Source: the human T2T-CHM13v2.0 reference genome, Homo sapiens | Reading direction: 5' to 3' (one strand) | DNA: 64,000 bases | NCBI RefSeq assembly: GCF_009914755.1 | Contig: NC_060925.1 | Shown here: piece by piece, positions 26,462 through 39,964 of the stretch | Numbering within the stretch: the stretch's first letter is position 1 | Layout of the letters: each line of letters opens with the position of its first letter | Translations under genes and position numbers: made by a program | The notes under the pieces: generated by a model | Databases searched by the model: none | The model's input: the letters and a program-made list of their open reading frames with translations, nothing else | Told to the model about the DNA's origin: nothing

Positions 26462-27329
26462 CCTTTCTTTTTAAAAGCCAAAAAAGAAGACAGAGAAAAA
26501 GTGGAAGGTAGAAGACCTTGTGCAGTCCACTTGTAACTATCTAGGTAGAAGGCAAATGCAAACTTAATAGAAAATTTAAATTTTAAAATAGAAATAGGCA
26601 TTTTAAAAATTTAAAGTGAATAAATTTTCATTACTGCACTCCTATCTACCTTTGGAATGGATTTCTACAAAATCCTCTCTTTTATGAGGGCAGAAAAATT
26701 GCTGTGAAGCCAAGAATAGTGAAATTTGACCATCAGACAAGGTGTAGGGAGGGTGAAGGGGAGGAAAATAAAAGCAAGCTGTGGTAAGAAGCTGTGAGTC
26801 ATCCTCCTTTGCCTTCTTGGGAAAGAACAAATGTTCTCGCCACAGTGTTGGCTCATATAGACATTTCCCCAGATCCCAGGCAATGCTGAGCTCAGAGAGC
26901 TGGCTGAACTGTGACAGTTTCCCCAACCATGACCATCATTTAGAATTTGCAGTCTGCTCTAACCTAAAAGGGTAATTATGGAAGGCAAATGGGGACAGAC
27001 CTCTCGCTGACCTCTTGGATTCTTATTACCCAATGTTCTTCCTAATTCACCTTCACCAATAACCCTGTCCTCTGGCATAGCAAGCTGTCCTCCAGATTTG
27101 TCCTCCAGGTTAACTCGTGCCAAAGAACAGGACACAAGACAAGCCCAGAGTGCGACTTCCTTCACTAAACCATAATTGCAATGGATGTTAGGTTGGGAGG
27201 TGTTGGAAACTGTCTTTAATCTGAGCTCAGGTTGCCAGTAATATGGAACTGCTTCCTTGATTTAAACCTTCTTATCACTCTTCCATCCTCATCCAAAATG
27301 AGTAAAAATTATGACAGCCATAGTACATT

Positions 27330-27560
27330 TTAATAGCATGTCACCAATTACAAAACACTGCGGCTGACATAACGGCACTTGCTCCTCAAGGCAATTTTGA
27401 GATTGGGTACCCAGGACAGGTATTGTCATCCTCTCCATTTTGATGCAGGTGAGGAAATGGAGATGAAAGAGGTTAAGATGTGGTGGAGGTCACACATTTA
27501 ATGAGGGAGAGAATTTGCCCTAGAATCCAGGATTTTACCCTTACCCCAAGGGCTCTTATT
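27330..27560 (-). mobile_element. MIR fragment
   Basis: ccatttt..caggtgaggaaa.ggag...agaggttaag...aggtcacaca. Confidence 0.65.
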
Positions 27561-28306
27561 AGAATAATACCTGACTCCACTTTGTAAGAAGAGAATGTGG
27601 ATGTCTTTCGACAATGGGGTAAGCAGGTTGTCCTCTCTGTTACTTCCTTGGGCTAGATTACTGGCACCTAAGAGAGGGTTGTGATAAAAATATTCTCTTC
27701 AGAAACTTCTTGTGGCTACCTACCTATTCTAAATAATAAAGATATTGGAAATTGAGAACTAAAAAGCTCCATCAGTACAGAAGCAAATTATGTTCAGTGT
27801 AGAAGTTGTACTACTCATCTGTATTTATTATTTTTAAAAGTACTAAAATATCATCTATTTGTTTATATGGGCATTTTCTAGTTAAGAAGTGAATACTGCT
27901 TAATACATTTTGGATGCTTAATAATTTATTAATATTAGTTGTGTTAATTATAGTAAATAGCAGATTGTAGGGAAATTATGCTATTAACCTTCTAGCTAGT
28001 GTGTCTGAGAGATATCTTCTTCATTTTTCCTGTAACAGTTCCTTATGGGGATTTTTTAAAAATAGAAAACCTTGGTCAAGTGAAAATGTCAGTATTTTAG
28101 TAGTACCTACCTGGAATTACCAAATTGGTTACTTAATAATTAATTTTGTTGTTTTATTTTTGGCATGGTGATGGCAGATAACTATACAATAATTAGCTAT
28201 TGTAGCTCACCCTCACCCTTATCCCTCCAAAAACAAAACAAAAAACTACCTGAATCAGCCATTGTTTCACCCTGAGGTTATTAAAGAAAGAAGTCTTTTG
28301 AAGACA

Positions 28307-28593
28307 TTTTTTTTTTTTTTTTGAGATGGAGTCTTGCTCTGTTGCCCAGGCTGGAGTGCAGTGGCACGATCTCGGCTCACTGCAACCTCTGCCTCTGGTG
28401 ATTCTCCTGCCTCAACCACCCAAGCAGCTGGGAATACAGGCACGTGCCACCACGCCCGGCTAATTTTTTGTATTTTTAGTAGAGATGAGGTTTCACCGTG
28501 TTAGCCAGGATGCTCTCGAGCTCCTGACATCGTGTTCACCCGCCTCAGACTCCCAAAGTGCTAGGATTACAGGCGTGAGCCACCGTGCCTGGC
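28307..28593 (-). mobile_element. Alu (Sc/Y-like) with a small right-arm deletion
   Basis: T tail, gagatggagtcttgctctg...gtgagccaccgtgcctggc. Confidence 0.97.
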
Positions 28594-30039
28594 GCTATAA
28601 GGTATTTAAGAGCTGGCATATTATAATAGATAAAACCATGATGTCAGAAACCTGAATTTTATTCCAAGCTCTACTTTAAAAAAAAATTATCTTGTGGCTT
28701 TGTAGGATTTTTTAGCTTTTGTAAATAATGCTGTTGGGGAATCAACAGGACTAAATCTCTAATGTTGAACTGGACTGGGTTAATTCAGTTCATAGCTAAG
28801 AGAGCCCTAAGATCCCAGTTACTTTTGTTGATGAGATTGGCAGCCAAATCCAATCTCATCCTTGGATCTCAATCCAATCCATCTTTTTGAAGGAGTCAAG
28901 GAAGAAGATAGGTCTTATAGTTCAGGATGTAAACTTAAACCTTATACAAGACTTTTGAAAGGCTTCCCTTTCAGTGTCTGCTTCCAGAAACAACGTTGCC
29001 CTGTAACCTGGGAGGTCTATTAGAAATCCCTCTGCCCTATGGAGGCAGCCTGAGCTCCCAGAAAGTAACTATTGTTTTTTATGACAGCCTACAGTAGAGT
29101 CTCCTCTGTTGAGAAACATTCAGCATGTGAGGGTTTTATTTAATTAACAATTGTAACCCCAAGTATTCACATTACTGTCACATTGTGAGTGCCTGTCCTA
29201 TCGGAAGTAGCCCAGCTTCTTTAGATACAAGGCTTGAGGGAAGTGAGGAGGAGGTATGGGTAGCTCCTTCCTTCCCAGGTACTGGAAAAATCTGGATCAT
29301 TATGCTCTGTCCATCTAAAATGCCCTTGGAACTTTGCTCTCTGTTGTGTGTTCCTCAGCAGCTGTTTAGCAGCTGCTTTGCTCCACCTCAGCAGTGGGTG
29401 AAACGACCCCACTGTCTGTTTATTGAAGAGCAGAAAGGGCCCCGGGATAGAGTGCCCTGAATAAACATCAGATATTGTGAATATTTTTATTCACCATAAT
29501 GAAGCACATTATTATTAGCTGAGCACTGTGGCTTCCCAGCTGAGAGCTGGTGCACTTGACAATACTCCCTCACATCCAGCCCCTCCTCTCTTTGAGCCCA
29601 GACGAGGTGGGGAGGCTGCAGCCCGGCGGGAGGTTGTTTCTCTAGAAAGGTGGCTAGGATGCTTGCCATGTGCCTAGCCCTCCACTCTCCATCCTGTGGT
29701 CTCCAAATTTCAGCTAACTTGCTGCCAGGTTTTATTTCCTTCTCTTGGTTGTACAGTTCCAGGTGCTGGGGTTGGCTAGGGAATGAGCTTACTATATAGA
29801 TCTCGTGTTTATTTAGCACTTTTCCATGGAGAGTGGAGAGTAACATGCTATAAGGACCCGATCTTCTATGGATTTGTCTTCTGTATAGGCCCACAGAGTA
29901 AAAAGGAGGTATTTATTACCACCTTTACTTTTACCAAGAGGGAAATTGAACTCTGGAGAAGTTTACCCAGTTATCGATATATCCAAATATGCTGGGATTT
30001 CTAAGTTATCTATATTTTGAAGAGATAATTGTGACATGT

Positions 30040-30215
30040 ACTTGTAGGGCCAGGCACACATATAGTAACTCATTTAATCCTTACTACACCTTATCAGGTA
30101 GGGTATTGCCATCTCGGTTTCACAAATTAGAAAAACGAGGCACAGATACGTTAAGTAACTTTGAAGATCCCACAGCCAAGTGAGTTCCAGAGGCAGGAGC
30201 TGAACCCAGACTGTG
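30040..30215 (-). mobile_element. MIR fragment
   Basis: ctcatttaatcct.ac..ca.cct...aggtag...gaggcacaga.a.gttaagtaactt. Confidence 0.7.
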
Positions 30216-31495
30216 CTCTCACTCAGCCTCTCTGCTGTGTTCATGTGAGGGATTTGCTCAGTCTGCAGGTCATGGCACAAGAGCATGGGTGCCATTAGCC
30301 TTGCTGAAGGGTCAGGAATGATTAAAGCCACTTTTGGGTGAGTTAAATGAAGCACTGAGTAGTGAAAGGATGTGCCCAAATATTCATGGAGGCAGGGTCA
30401 AAAACCCAGGCCTCCCATTCACCAGTGTAGACACAGCCCAGTGGATGCACCTGCCTATGTACCTTTGGCCAACCAACCTCAAAGGATTTCTTAGATAAAT
30501 AATCAGTAAATGTCTACTATTGTTATTGTTATTGCGTTGTCGACACATATGACAACGGCAATGCAATGTTATCAATAACGAGCGTGTTTCTGCTGTTAAT
30601 AAGTTGGAGGAATTGAGTCTTTAGTTCTTTAACTCTCAAAGCATCATCTTGCCTTTTTTGTTGTGAATCTAATATAGTTTTACAGTATTGCTTTGAGTGA
30701 ATCTGTGAATAGATGTTTTGTTGAATGCTCAGCTAAGGAAACCAGATTATGGATGCTAAGTCATAGTAACTAAAAGAGAGGGCAGGAGTTTTCAGAGGAG
30801 TAAGTTCAGACTCTAGGAAAGGACAGAGGCCCTGGCCTAAAATAGGAAGGGCTCAGGCCCTACCTCTGCCTCTTCATGTTTGCTGTGTGCCTGTGGAAAT
30901 GTCCCTTCAGCTCTCTGGGCCACTTCTTCCTGTTAAATAAGGAGGTGGGGAAATATGATTTTCAACTCCACCTCCAGAGCTGATGATATGCTAGTTTATA
31001 ACCTGAGAATTTTTATTTCTGCAGGGATAGTTCCTGAATCCTCTCAATCATGTTTTGATGCTGTTTCTGTAAGACCCCTGGGGACAGATTCCCTTTGTGT
31101 TATAGACATAGTGGATCTTCAGAAGGCCAGAACAGGAGAGGAAGTTCTTATAATAAAACTTGAAACAGAAATAGGTGGATGAGAAATCTCCCAGAAGAGT
31201 TATCAAAGCTTTTAATTCCATAATTCCATTTAAACTCTTTTGGCTATTTATGCATTCTAAAATTGAGTATTTGGAAGTACTCCTATATCAGAAATAATGA
31301 GCAAGGCAGAAAGCACATGATACATTTGACCCCAAACTCTCTTTGGCTGTTAACTTTGGGAAAAAGGGTGGTGTAGTGTGTTTTATACTAGAAGTCATAT
31401 TCTTACATTTTACTGTGGTAAAATCATGGGAAAAAAAAGATTAAGATAAAATGATTAAGAAACTTTTTTTTCTCTTAAAAAAATCCAGCATTATC

Positions 31496-31894
<399 letters not shown>

Positions 31895-31931
31895 CTAGAA
31901 AAGCCCACGTGGCCTAATGTCATAGACTTGA

Positions 31932-32177
<246 letters not shown>

Positions 32178-34459
32178 TGAGTCTCCCATGGGGCTGTCCT
32201 GCCCTCTCTGGGAGTCCCTGATCTGGGGCTGGAGTCCACAGCCGCTGCCCCCTTCAGGCTCTAGTTTCACCCCATCAACGCTGAACCAAGTGATACCCTG
32301 AGGATGGTTCTGCGAGACTAGATGGGCCATCGGTTTCACACAGTACCAGGAAAATACATGGTTGGAGGGGATGATCTTTATCACTACTGTTATGCACTCT
32401 GGGTAGCAGCAAGGAGGACTTAGGTACAGTGAGATTTTTTTCTTTTCATAGCACTAGGTACCTCTTTTACAGTTGCGTCTTATAACTATGGGCCTGCAGC
32501 TGTCTTACTAGCATTCTATCACGACAGGCTCTCTTCAATAAAGTTTATTCCATTTGCTTGGAAATTGGGATCTTTTCCACACTGTAGATGGACAGAGAGT
32601 GCACTCAATTCAACAAATATTCCTAAGTAAATTGCTGTCTCTGGGCTAATTTTAGGAGTGCAGAGCTGAATAAGACATGGCACTTTGGACACAGAGGGAC
32701 AAGGAGGTGGTCTAACATGGGCCAACTTGGTTTGATGGTTTCCATCTGGCATTGCTGCTCATGTCCTTACTTGTGAGTTCAGAGCATTCAGTTGAAGAAA
32801 CCATGGATAGAAAGGACCTTTAAAAGAAGACAAGAACTGAGAACACAGAACAAGTGGTCATCTCTTGTTTCATCTACTCTCTAGACCGGTAGATTTATGT
32901 GAAACCCTTTGATTCCTTTTGCTTCTGTTATCCAGCCTGTAAGATAGTAATAGTCGTCATATCTTTCATCTACTCTAGAAGAATATTTTGATAATTCATC
33001 TAGCAAATACATTTTGATTATGGGTATGCTTTGTGATCTAGAGTTTGTCTTAAATTCATCATCTGTGAATTCAGATACCATTCATATTTAAATTCTTGAT
33101 AATAATCCCAATCTGTTATTTTTATCATTGGGACATTAGATATGTCAGGGTCAGTGTACCATTTCACAGTCTATAATTTTGCCTCTTTTCAATGAGATAA
33201 AACAATTTATTACTCCTCTTGAATTTTTTCACCCCTGAGATCATGTTTTATTCAGCTCTCCTACCTGCATTTTTCTCTGTGTTCACAATTATGGTCTTTA
33301 CAGTCCTTGGACCTCTTTAAAACGCCCTGGCATCTTTTTTCCTCACTCCCTTTTAGTCAATGTGTTTTGGGTTGCATGGAATATAACATGAGAATGCCGG
33401 CTAGCAAAATGTAACTCTGGGCCAGTAGAATTCCATAGAATAAGTCAAGAGAAAGTAAAAACGAAGGCCGTTTTCCCCAGCTGGGTATAGTAATGGAGTG
33501 GAAATAGGCAAAATCACCCTAAAGCAGGATCCTCTGTGCCTCTCCCTCACCCGTGGCCTGCTGTCTGCCAGGCTTCTGTAATGCAGCCCGTTCTGCGTAG
33601 TGCAAAGTGCAAGTGACTGGTGGCCTCTGTTTGGGTCCTTCCTCTGTGCCACTGCCACCCTGCATGTATTGCTTACATCTCCATGGTAACTCCCCTAGTT
33701 AAAATGCTGGAGTTGGTATTTATGTTGGCAGATATTGAAAAAAAAAAAAAAAACAATTGGCTCCAGACTGGGTTCTTTCTTTTCAAGAAAGTAAGCAGAG
33801 AGAAGGGAGGGGCAGAATTATTGTCTCATTGGATATCTTCTCTCAGTAATTCCAGTGTGCCCAGCTGAAGGTCAGACTTTAACAGACACAAAGCTAGGAG
33901 GGTTTTGTACGCAAGTTTCTTTCGCTTCCACCAGCCTTTGCCTAGAGTGTTCCAGTTGGCACCAGACGGACAATCACTTTAAGACAGGGTCTTTTTCTTG
34001 CTTTGGTTACAACATTTGAATCATTGCTTCTGAGCCAAGATTCAAAACGAAAACAACTAACCTATTGTCATCGTTACTATCATTTCATTTTGGGGGTATA
34101 TTTATTACCAGTGAAAGAACATGACCCCAAATTCCAGCCTAAGGCTGAGCAAATGGCCTTCTCAGTTCAAAAACAAATGTCTGCCAGACATCCTGATTGG
34201 GGAATTCACATCAATGCCTCCAGCGTCACTAGCTATAATTGGGAGAGAGAGCTAAGCAAACTTAGTAAGAAAGACACACTCACTGCAGATATTCACATGC
34301 TCCTCTAAACCATGCATCTGATGGGCAGGGCCTCACCAAAAAAGATTTCATGGAAGACAAATAAAATACAAAGAGGACTTGATTTAGTAATAGGATTAGT
34401 CTTTGTAATCTAATAGGTGTGTAGAATTGAGTGTTACTACTTTGTTGTGGAACACTCAT

Positions 34460-34943
34460 TGTATTAGCTTTCTATTGCTGCGTAGCAGATTACCACAAAT
34501 TAAGCAGCTTAAAACAACACAAGTTTATTATCGCACAGTTTCTGTTGGTCAGGGGCCTGGGCATGGCTTAGCTGGATCCTCTGCCCTAATCACAGCGAAT
34601 CTGTAATCAAGCTTATAAGCTGAGGCTGTGATCTCGTCTGAGGCTCAGGGTCTCCTTCCAAGCTCGTTCTGGTTGTTGGCAGAATTCATTTCCTTCTGAT
34701 TGTACGACTGAGGGCCTCAGTTCCTAGAGGCTCCCTTTCTCAATAGGCAGTTCACAGTTTGGCTGCCTGCTTTCTTCCTGAGGGCCAGCAGGAGAAACCT
34801 TCCATTTTAAGGCTTTAATCGAATCTTCCCTTTCGTTTACTCAAAGTCAGCTGATGAGGAACCTAATCATATTTACTATGCCATCCACTTACAGGGAAGG
34901 TGTGTACACCAGGGTCTAGAGTTTTGGAATTCTGTCCACCACA
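34460..34943 (-). mobile_element. MLT1 MaLR solo LTR
   Basis: tgtattagctttctattgctgc.ta.ca.attaccacaaa.t.agc.gcttaaaacaacaca..tttattatc.cacagtttctg...aattctg.c.accaca. Confidence 0.85.
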
Positions 34944-35049
34944 CCCCTCAACTAACCTTTCGGCCCTTTATGCCACTCAAGTCATTTCCTGTCTCTCTTC
35001 CTTAGATTGACTTAACTGTACCACGGAAGTTTAACTTAAAAATTCCACA

Positions 35050-37330
35050 CATTCATTCATTCATTCATTCATTCATTCAACATTTATCATATCATGCTAT
35101 ATACCAAGCATTGTGCCATACAACTTGGTAAGTTTATTATCAGGACTATAAATAACATTTTTTTTTTTTAGTTAAAAGAGGGAGAGAACTTATAAGCTCT
35201 CTAAATGATTTTCGAGCATTAATCTTAACTGTTTTTCTATAACATTTTTCTGGAAATAACAGTAACACAAACAGATAATTAAAAGTACGTCTGTATACTT
35301 CACTGCAATAGAGGGGATTACATAAAGTATATTGCCAAAGAGAGGATGACAAGAAAGAGGAAAGGACATCCAAGAAGGTCTAGTCTGGTCACACTGGCAC
35401 TCTACTTAGATTTACTGGCTTATCTAACTGAGCTCTTACTATCTGCCCGATGTTATAGTAGCCACTGGAACATCAAAGATGAAAAAAGTGCATATAAAGG
35501 TGGGTCCTACCTTCAAAGAGCTCATAGGACAAATACTGTTACAACTACACAGAACACCACATGTTACACATTCAGTTCATTCATCTACCTACTCCACCTG
35601 AAGGAAATGATCCAGAGAGAGGGCCTAAAATACTGAGTTTCAGAGGAGCAGGATGTTTGCCAAATAGAAGGAATAATAGCAAAATAAAATAACAGAATTC
35701 TACTTCAGCAAGCATTCCTTGAGTGCTTACTATATGCGTGAGACACAAGGGTCTCAAATATGAGTGAGATCTGTCCTCTGCCTTTGAGGAATTTGCTGTT
35801 TAGTTGGGGAGACGTATGTAAATCTGTGGCGGATGTTGTGGGAGAGAAATATGCAGGGTGGTGTGAAAAGCCACAGGAGCATGAAAGCCACGAGTCTTTG
35901 GGGAACGCAGAGGCATATGATGTGGCTAGATGAAATTGTTCAGAGCATGTGTAGGATTGAGGGGAAATGAGGCACTAGGGATAGGAAAGATCCACTGAAA
36001 ACCCTTAACTGTACCAGTGAAGATTTTGAATTTATCCTATTAAACAGCAGAAACCCTCAGAGCTGTTTAAGGAAGATGTATGGGAAGTTATCACATAAAA
36101 TTGCACTGGATTCAAATTCTGGCTACAACCCTGATGACCTATATGACGCTGGATAAGTGGCTTATTTTCCCAAGACTCAGTTTTCTTACCTGTAAAACAG
36201 GGATAATCCTGTAAATAGGAATAAATATTAGTATAGTATCTGGCATATAATATTCACATCATAATTCAGCTATCATAATGATTACTGTGTTATATATTAT
36301 TACTGTTATATGATATATTATTGTACATTGTTATATATATACACATTATTGTTAAATTTTATAATGATTAGTGACATGATCATATCTGTGGTTTAGAAAG
36401 ATTAGTGATTCTCTTGAAGATGAGCTGTATTGGAGAAAAGACAATGTAAAGAACAATTATTGAAGCCTGTGCTCCTCAAACTGGCACTGCACAGGATAAA
36501 TTGAAATACTTTTCACATTTTGTGTAAGTATTCCAAAGAAAATATTCTTATTTTAAGATAAACATTGATATATTATAAAGTGGACTAAAACAAGAGGTTC
36601 CAAAGATATTTTATGTTTTTGATGGTGTCCCCAGAGCTACAATCTTTTTCCAGGAGGGCTTCTTAGGAAAGCATTGATCTAGTGTTGCTCTGGTATATAG
36701 CTATTTATTTTTAAATTTAAGTTAACTAAATACTAAATTAAAATAAATAAACATTTAAAAATTAGCTCTCTGGTTACACTAGCCACATTGCAGCTGCTCA
36801 GTAGCCACACATAGCCAATGACTAATGTATTGGACAGCAGAGATATAGAACATTTCACTCATCGTAGAAAGTACTCTTGGACAGCACTAGTCATACAGTG
36901 ATACAACAGGCAGCTGCTCCTCTTCACTCACTTCACAAATAGCAGCGCAATTAGAATGAAACAGAAGAGGTAGATTTGAAAGTGTAGAACTGTCAGGACA
37001 TGCTTTGGGGGCAATCATTTGATGAAGGTAAGAAAGCAGGAAGAGTTGAGAAACTCCTAGTTTCTAGCACATGCTAGGTACTCCAATCTTTGAATGAATG
37101 AATGAATGAACAAATTAGCAAATATAATGAACCATATCTATAGTAATGTCACCAAATAATAAGACTAACAAGGAAAATGGAGCTGATTTGGGTAAAAGGT
37201 GATCTTAGTTTTGGAAACAGTTTGTTTGAAGATGCTTGGAGTCTGCAGTCATAAATGGGCCAATGGCTCTTAGCAGAGGTATTAGGGCAGGAGATAACAA
37301 ATTTGATAGTTAGCAGTGTATGTCTGTGAT
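35050..37330. mobile_element. Cluster of L2 and MIR fragments
   Basis: (ATTC)n L2 tails at 35051 and 37091; ttcagcaagcatt..ttgagtgcttactat.tgc at 35704; MIR core at ~36105-36260. Confidence 0.6.
36700..36890. mobile_element. MER33/MER3-like DNA transposon fragment
   Basis: cactagccacatt.ca..tgctca.tagccaca...tattggacagca.agatatagaacatttc...tcatcg.agaaagt.ct.ttggacagc. Confidence 0.8.
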
Positions 37331-39263
37331 GTCTACACATCTCACTATCATGAGTCTTTTATAAAAAACTTACCCCATGGACCCTGTGATTCAAAAATAT
37401 TCTGTCCCTAAAACACCATATTTATCCAGTAATATTTTATCAGCTTCCAAATTTCTTAAATTCAAAACCTAGATGCCCAACTCACAAAGCTACTGATTGG
37501 TTTGAAATCACAAATGTTAACTCAGCAAGGTGATAACACTTCAAGCCAAAGCAAAGAAACCAGGTGTCTCAGTTAGCTCAACCTTATTGTAGAAAGGTGT
37601 TATTTTCACTAGGTTTCTTGAAATTTGGAAAAATCCTGATCCTAGGATTTCAAAGGCCCTAGATTAAGACAGCTACTAAAAGAAGTGATAAGCGAGTCCA
37701 TCAGAGTAGGTGAGACCACCTAGGGAAGATTGCACATCACAAGGAGAGAAGAGCTGGGAACAGCTGTCTGCACCATCCGCATACCACCAGCTCATTCCAG
37801 AGAGGTTTCCTTTGAGTTCAATTGGAAGAGTCCCAAAAAATACACAGTAATGCTAATGCAAACAACTGAATGAAGGAACGGAGGCTCTCCAAATTAGGGA
37901 GCCTTCAGGGTCCAGTTCCCCAGGCCTAAAACAACAGTCTTTAGGCGAAGAAGAAAGAGAAGCCAAAGGTTATCTAAAGCCTGGCCTGCAGACCCTGTTA
38001 GTCACTTGGCTATCTTCCTCAAATTCCCATCATGCAAGAGCTTTTAACACATGCCCACTTTGCAGTTAGGCTTTTAAATCCAATCTGTACAATTTCTGAT
38101 GCTGAGTGACCCAGAAACTCAGCATGATTTAGGAGAGTGACTTGGGCTTGGCATAATCTGGACAGATGTGGTTAATACCTGTGGACAGATGGTGTTCTTC
38201 CGGTAAAATCAGGCACTTCATTGTGTTAATTAATCCAAGTGGGACCCTGAAAATACAATATTAGCTGAATTTCCTGTCTAGCAAGGCCATCAGTGCTTTC
38301 TGTTGGCTAAATTGGGAAATCCTATATCCTGGTATAATCAGGGATGTTCTGGAAATCTTTTCCATAAGGAAAAGCTTTTAATAAAAGCAAGAAAGGCAAA
38401 AGTGCTAAGTGAGCTAATTTAAAGATGAAGGCCACACAACTTCAAGGAGGGCCAACCAGCCCCTGCATTGAGCCTGCAACTCCCTCAACTATCCACAGGC
38501 CTTCATTGTCAGGAAGCAATAAAGTGATTCTCACTTTAAATTAGTTCAATTAGCACTTTTTTTTTAAGGCAGAAAATGCTTTTATTAAAAAAAAGTGATT
38601 TTCTCCTTTTTGGCAACCTGTATATGAAAAAGAATTCTGTGGGCTTTTGTTTTACCATTTAGCAGCTGTTCTTGCTTAAGAAGTGCCACTTTTCTCCTTT
38701 TGAGGGATGTCAAGCTGTTGGGGGTTAATTTCAGTCAGTTCTGTGCCCTCTTCCCCAGATGCCTTTTAAAAATGTTACATGCATTTACATGGGGATAGAA
38801 TGGAAAGAACATGATAACTTATTTTTAACTTATGGCTGCAGAAGCTCTGCATAATTGTGAGGAGCCAATTTGTATAGAAGAGAGAGATTGGGTTTTGTAG
38901 TGGTCAGACCTGAATTAATACCTTAGCTCTGTTACATACCAGCCAAGTGACCTTTGAGCTCAGTTCTTCATCGGTAAATACGAATAATCATATCTGCCTC
39001 AGTAGTAGTGAAAAATGAATAACTTGAATTGATTGCCAAGAGGGAGGGGTCAGGCCCAGTGCCTGGAACCTGGTAGGAAGAAAGACCAAGTTGTAGCAGC
39101 TGCCACGTGTTGGGCGCTGTGCTGAGTGCTGTCTTTGTGTGGTCTCATCTCTTCCCTACTCTCACCCTGTGAAGTCAGTATCACCCTCTTCACTTTCACG
39201 GAAGAAGCTGATCGAAATCACCCAGCTGATATTCAATTGACCGAGGATTCAAAACCAAGATGG

Positions 39264-39550
39264 GGCTGGGCGCGGTGGCTCATGCCTGTAATCCCAGCAC
39301 TTTGGGAGGCTGAGGCAGGCAGATCATGAGGTCGGGAGTTAGAGACCAGCCTGGCCAATATGATGAAACCCCATCTCTACTAAAAATACAAAAATTAGCT
39401 GGGTGTTGTGGCACGTGCCTGTAATCCCAGCTACTCAAGAGGCTGAGACAGGAGAATCACTTGAACCCAGGAGGTGGAGGTTCCAGTGAGCCAAGATCAC
39501 ACCACTGCACTCCAGCCTGGGTGACAGAGTGAAACTCCATCTCAAAAAAA
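39264..39550 (+). mobile_element. AluSg-like element
   Basis: Full-length Alu; TSD aaaccaagatgg. Confidence 0.97.
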
Positions 39551-39828
39551 CAAACCAAGATGGCCCGAATTTTGAAACTTTATACTCCTCACTACTCTGC
39601 AAAAATATCTGTGACCACTCTTCTGTTCGGTGCCCAGATGGTACACAATGAAGTATTGAGCAAATGCTTTTAGCGTTGGTTTTGGCATCCAGCCCCTTTT
39701 GGTAAATCTGCTCCAAATTCACCTTTTGCTCAAAAATTTGTCTTCTCCCAGAAGTAGATTTATTCTCTCCCATTTTATATTTATTTGGTGTGAGCCTTTT
39801 TGTTATTATTTCCTTTCTCTTTACAAAG

Positions 39829-39964
39829 GCGGAAGAGACGGAATTTCAACAAGCAAGCGACAGAAATCCTGAATGAATATTTCTATTCCCATCTCAGCAA
39901 CCCTTACCCCAGTGAGGAAGCCAAAGAGGAGTTAGCCAAGAAGTGTGGCATCACAGTCTCCCAG
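39829..39964 (+). CDS. PBX1: PBX1 exon 5 (homeodomain N-terminal arm, helices 1-2, TALE loop); 136 nt, phase 2 to 0
   Basis: ttacaaag|GCGGAAG...TCCCAG|gtaagc; [45 protein letters not shown] with the TALE LSN-PYP signature. Confidence 0.99.

Noticed and set aside
26824-26837. AGAACA-aa-TGTTCT as a steroid response element
   Set aside because: The spacer is 2 nt; GRE/ARE palindromes need 3
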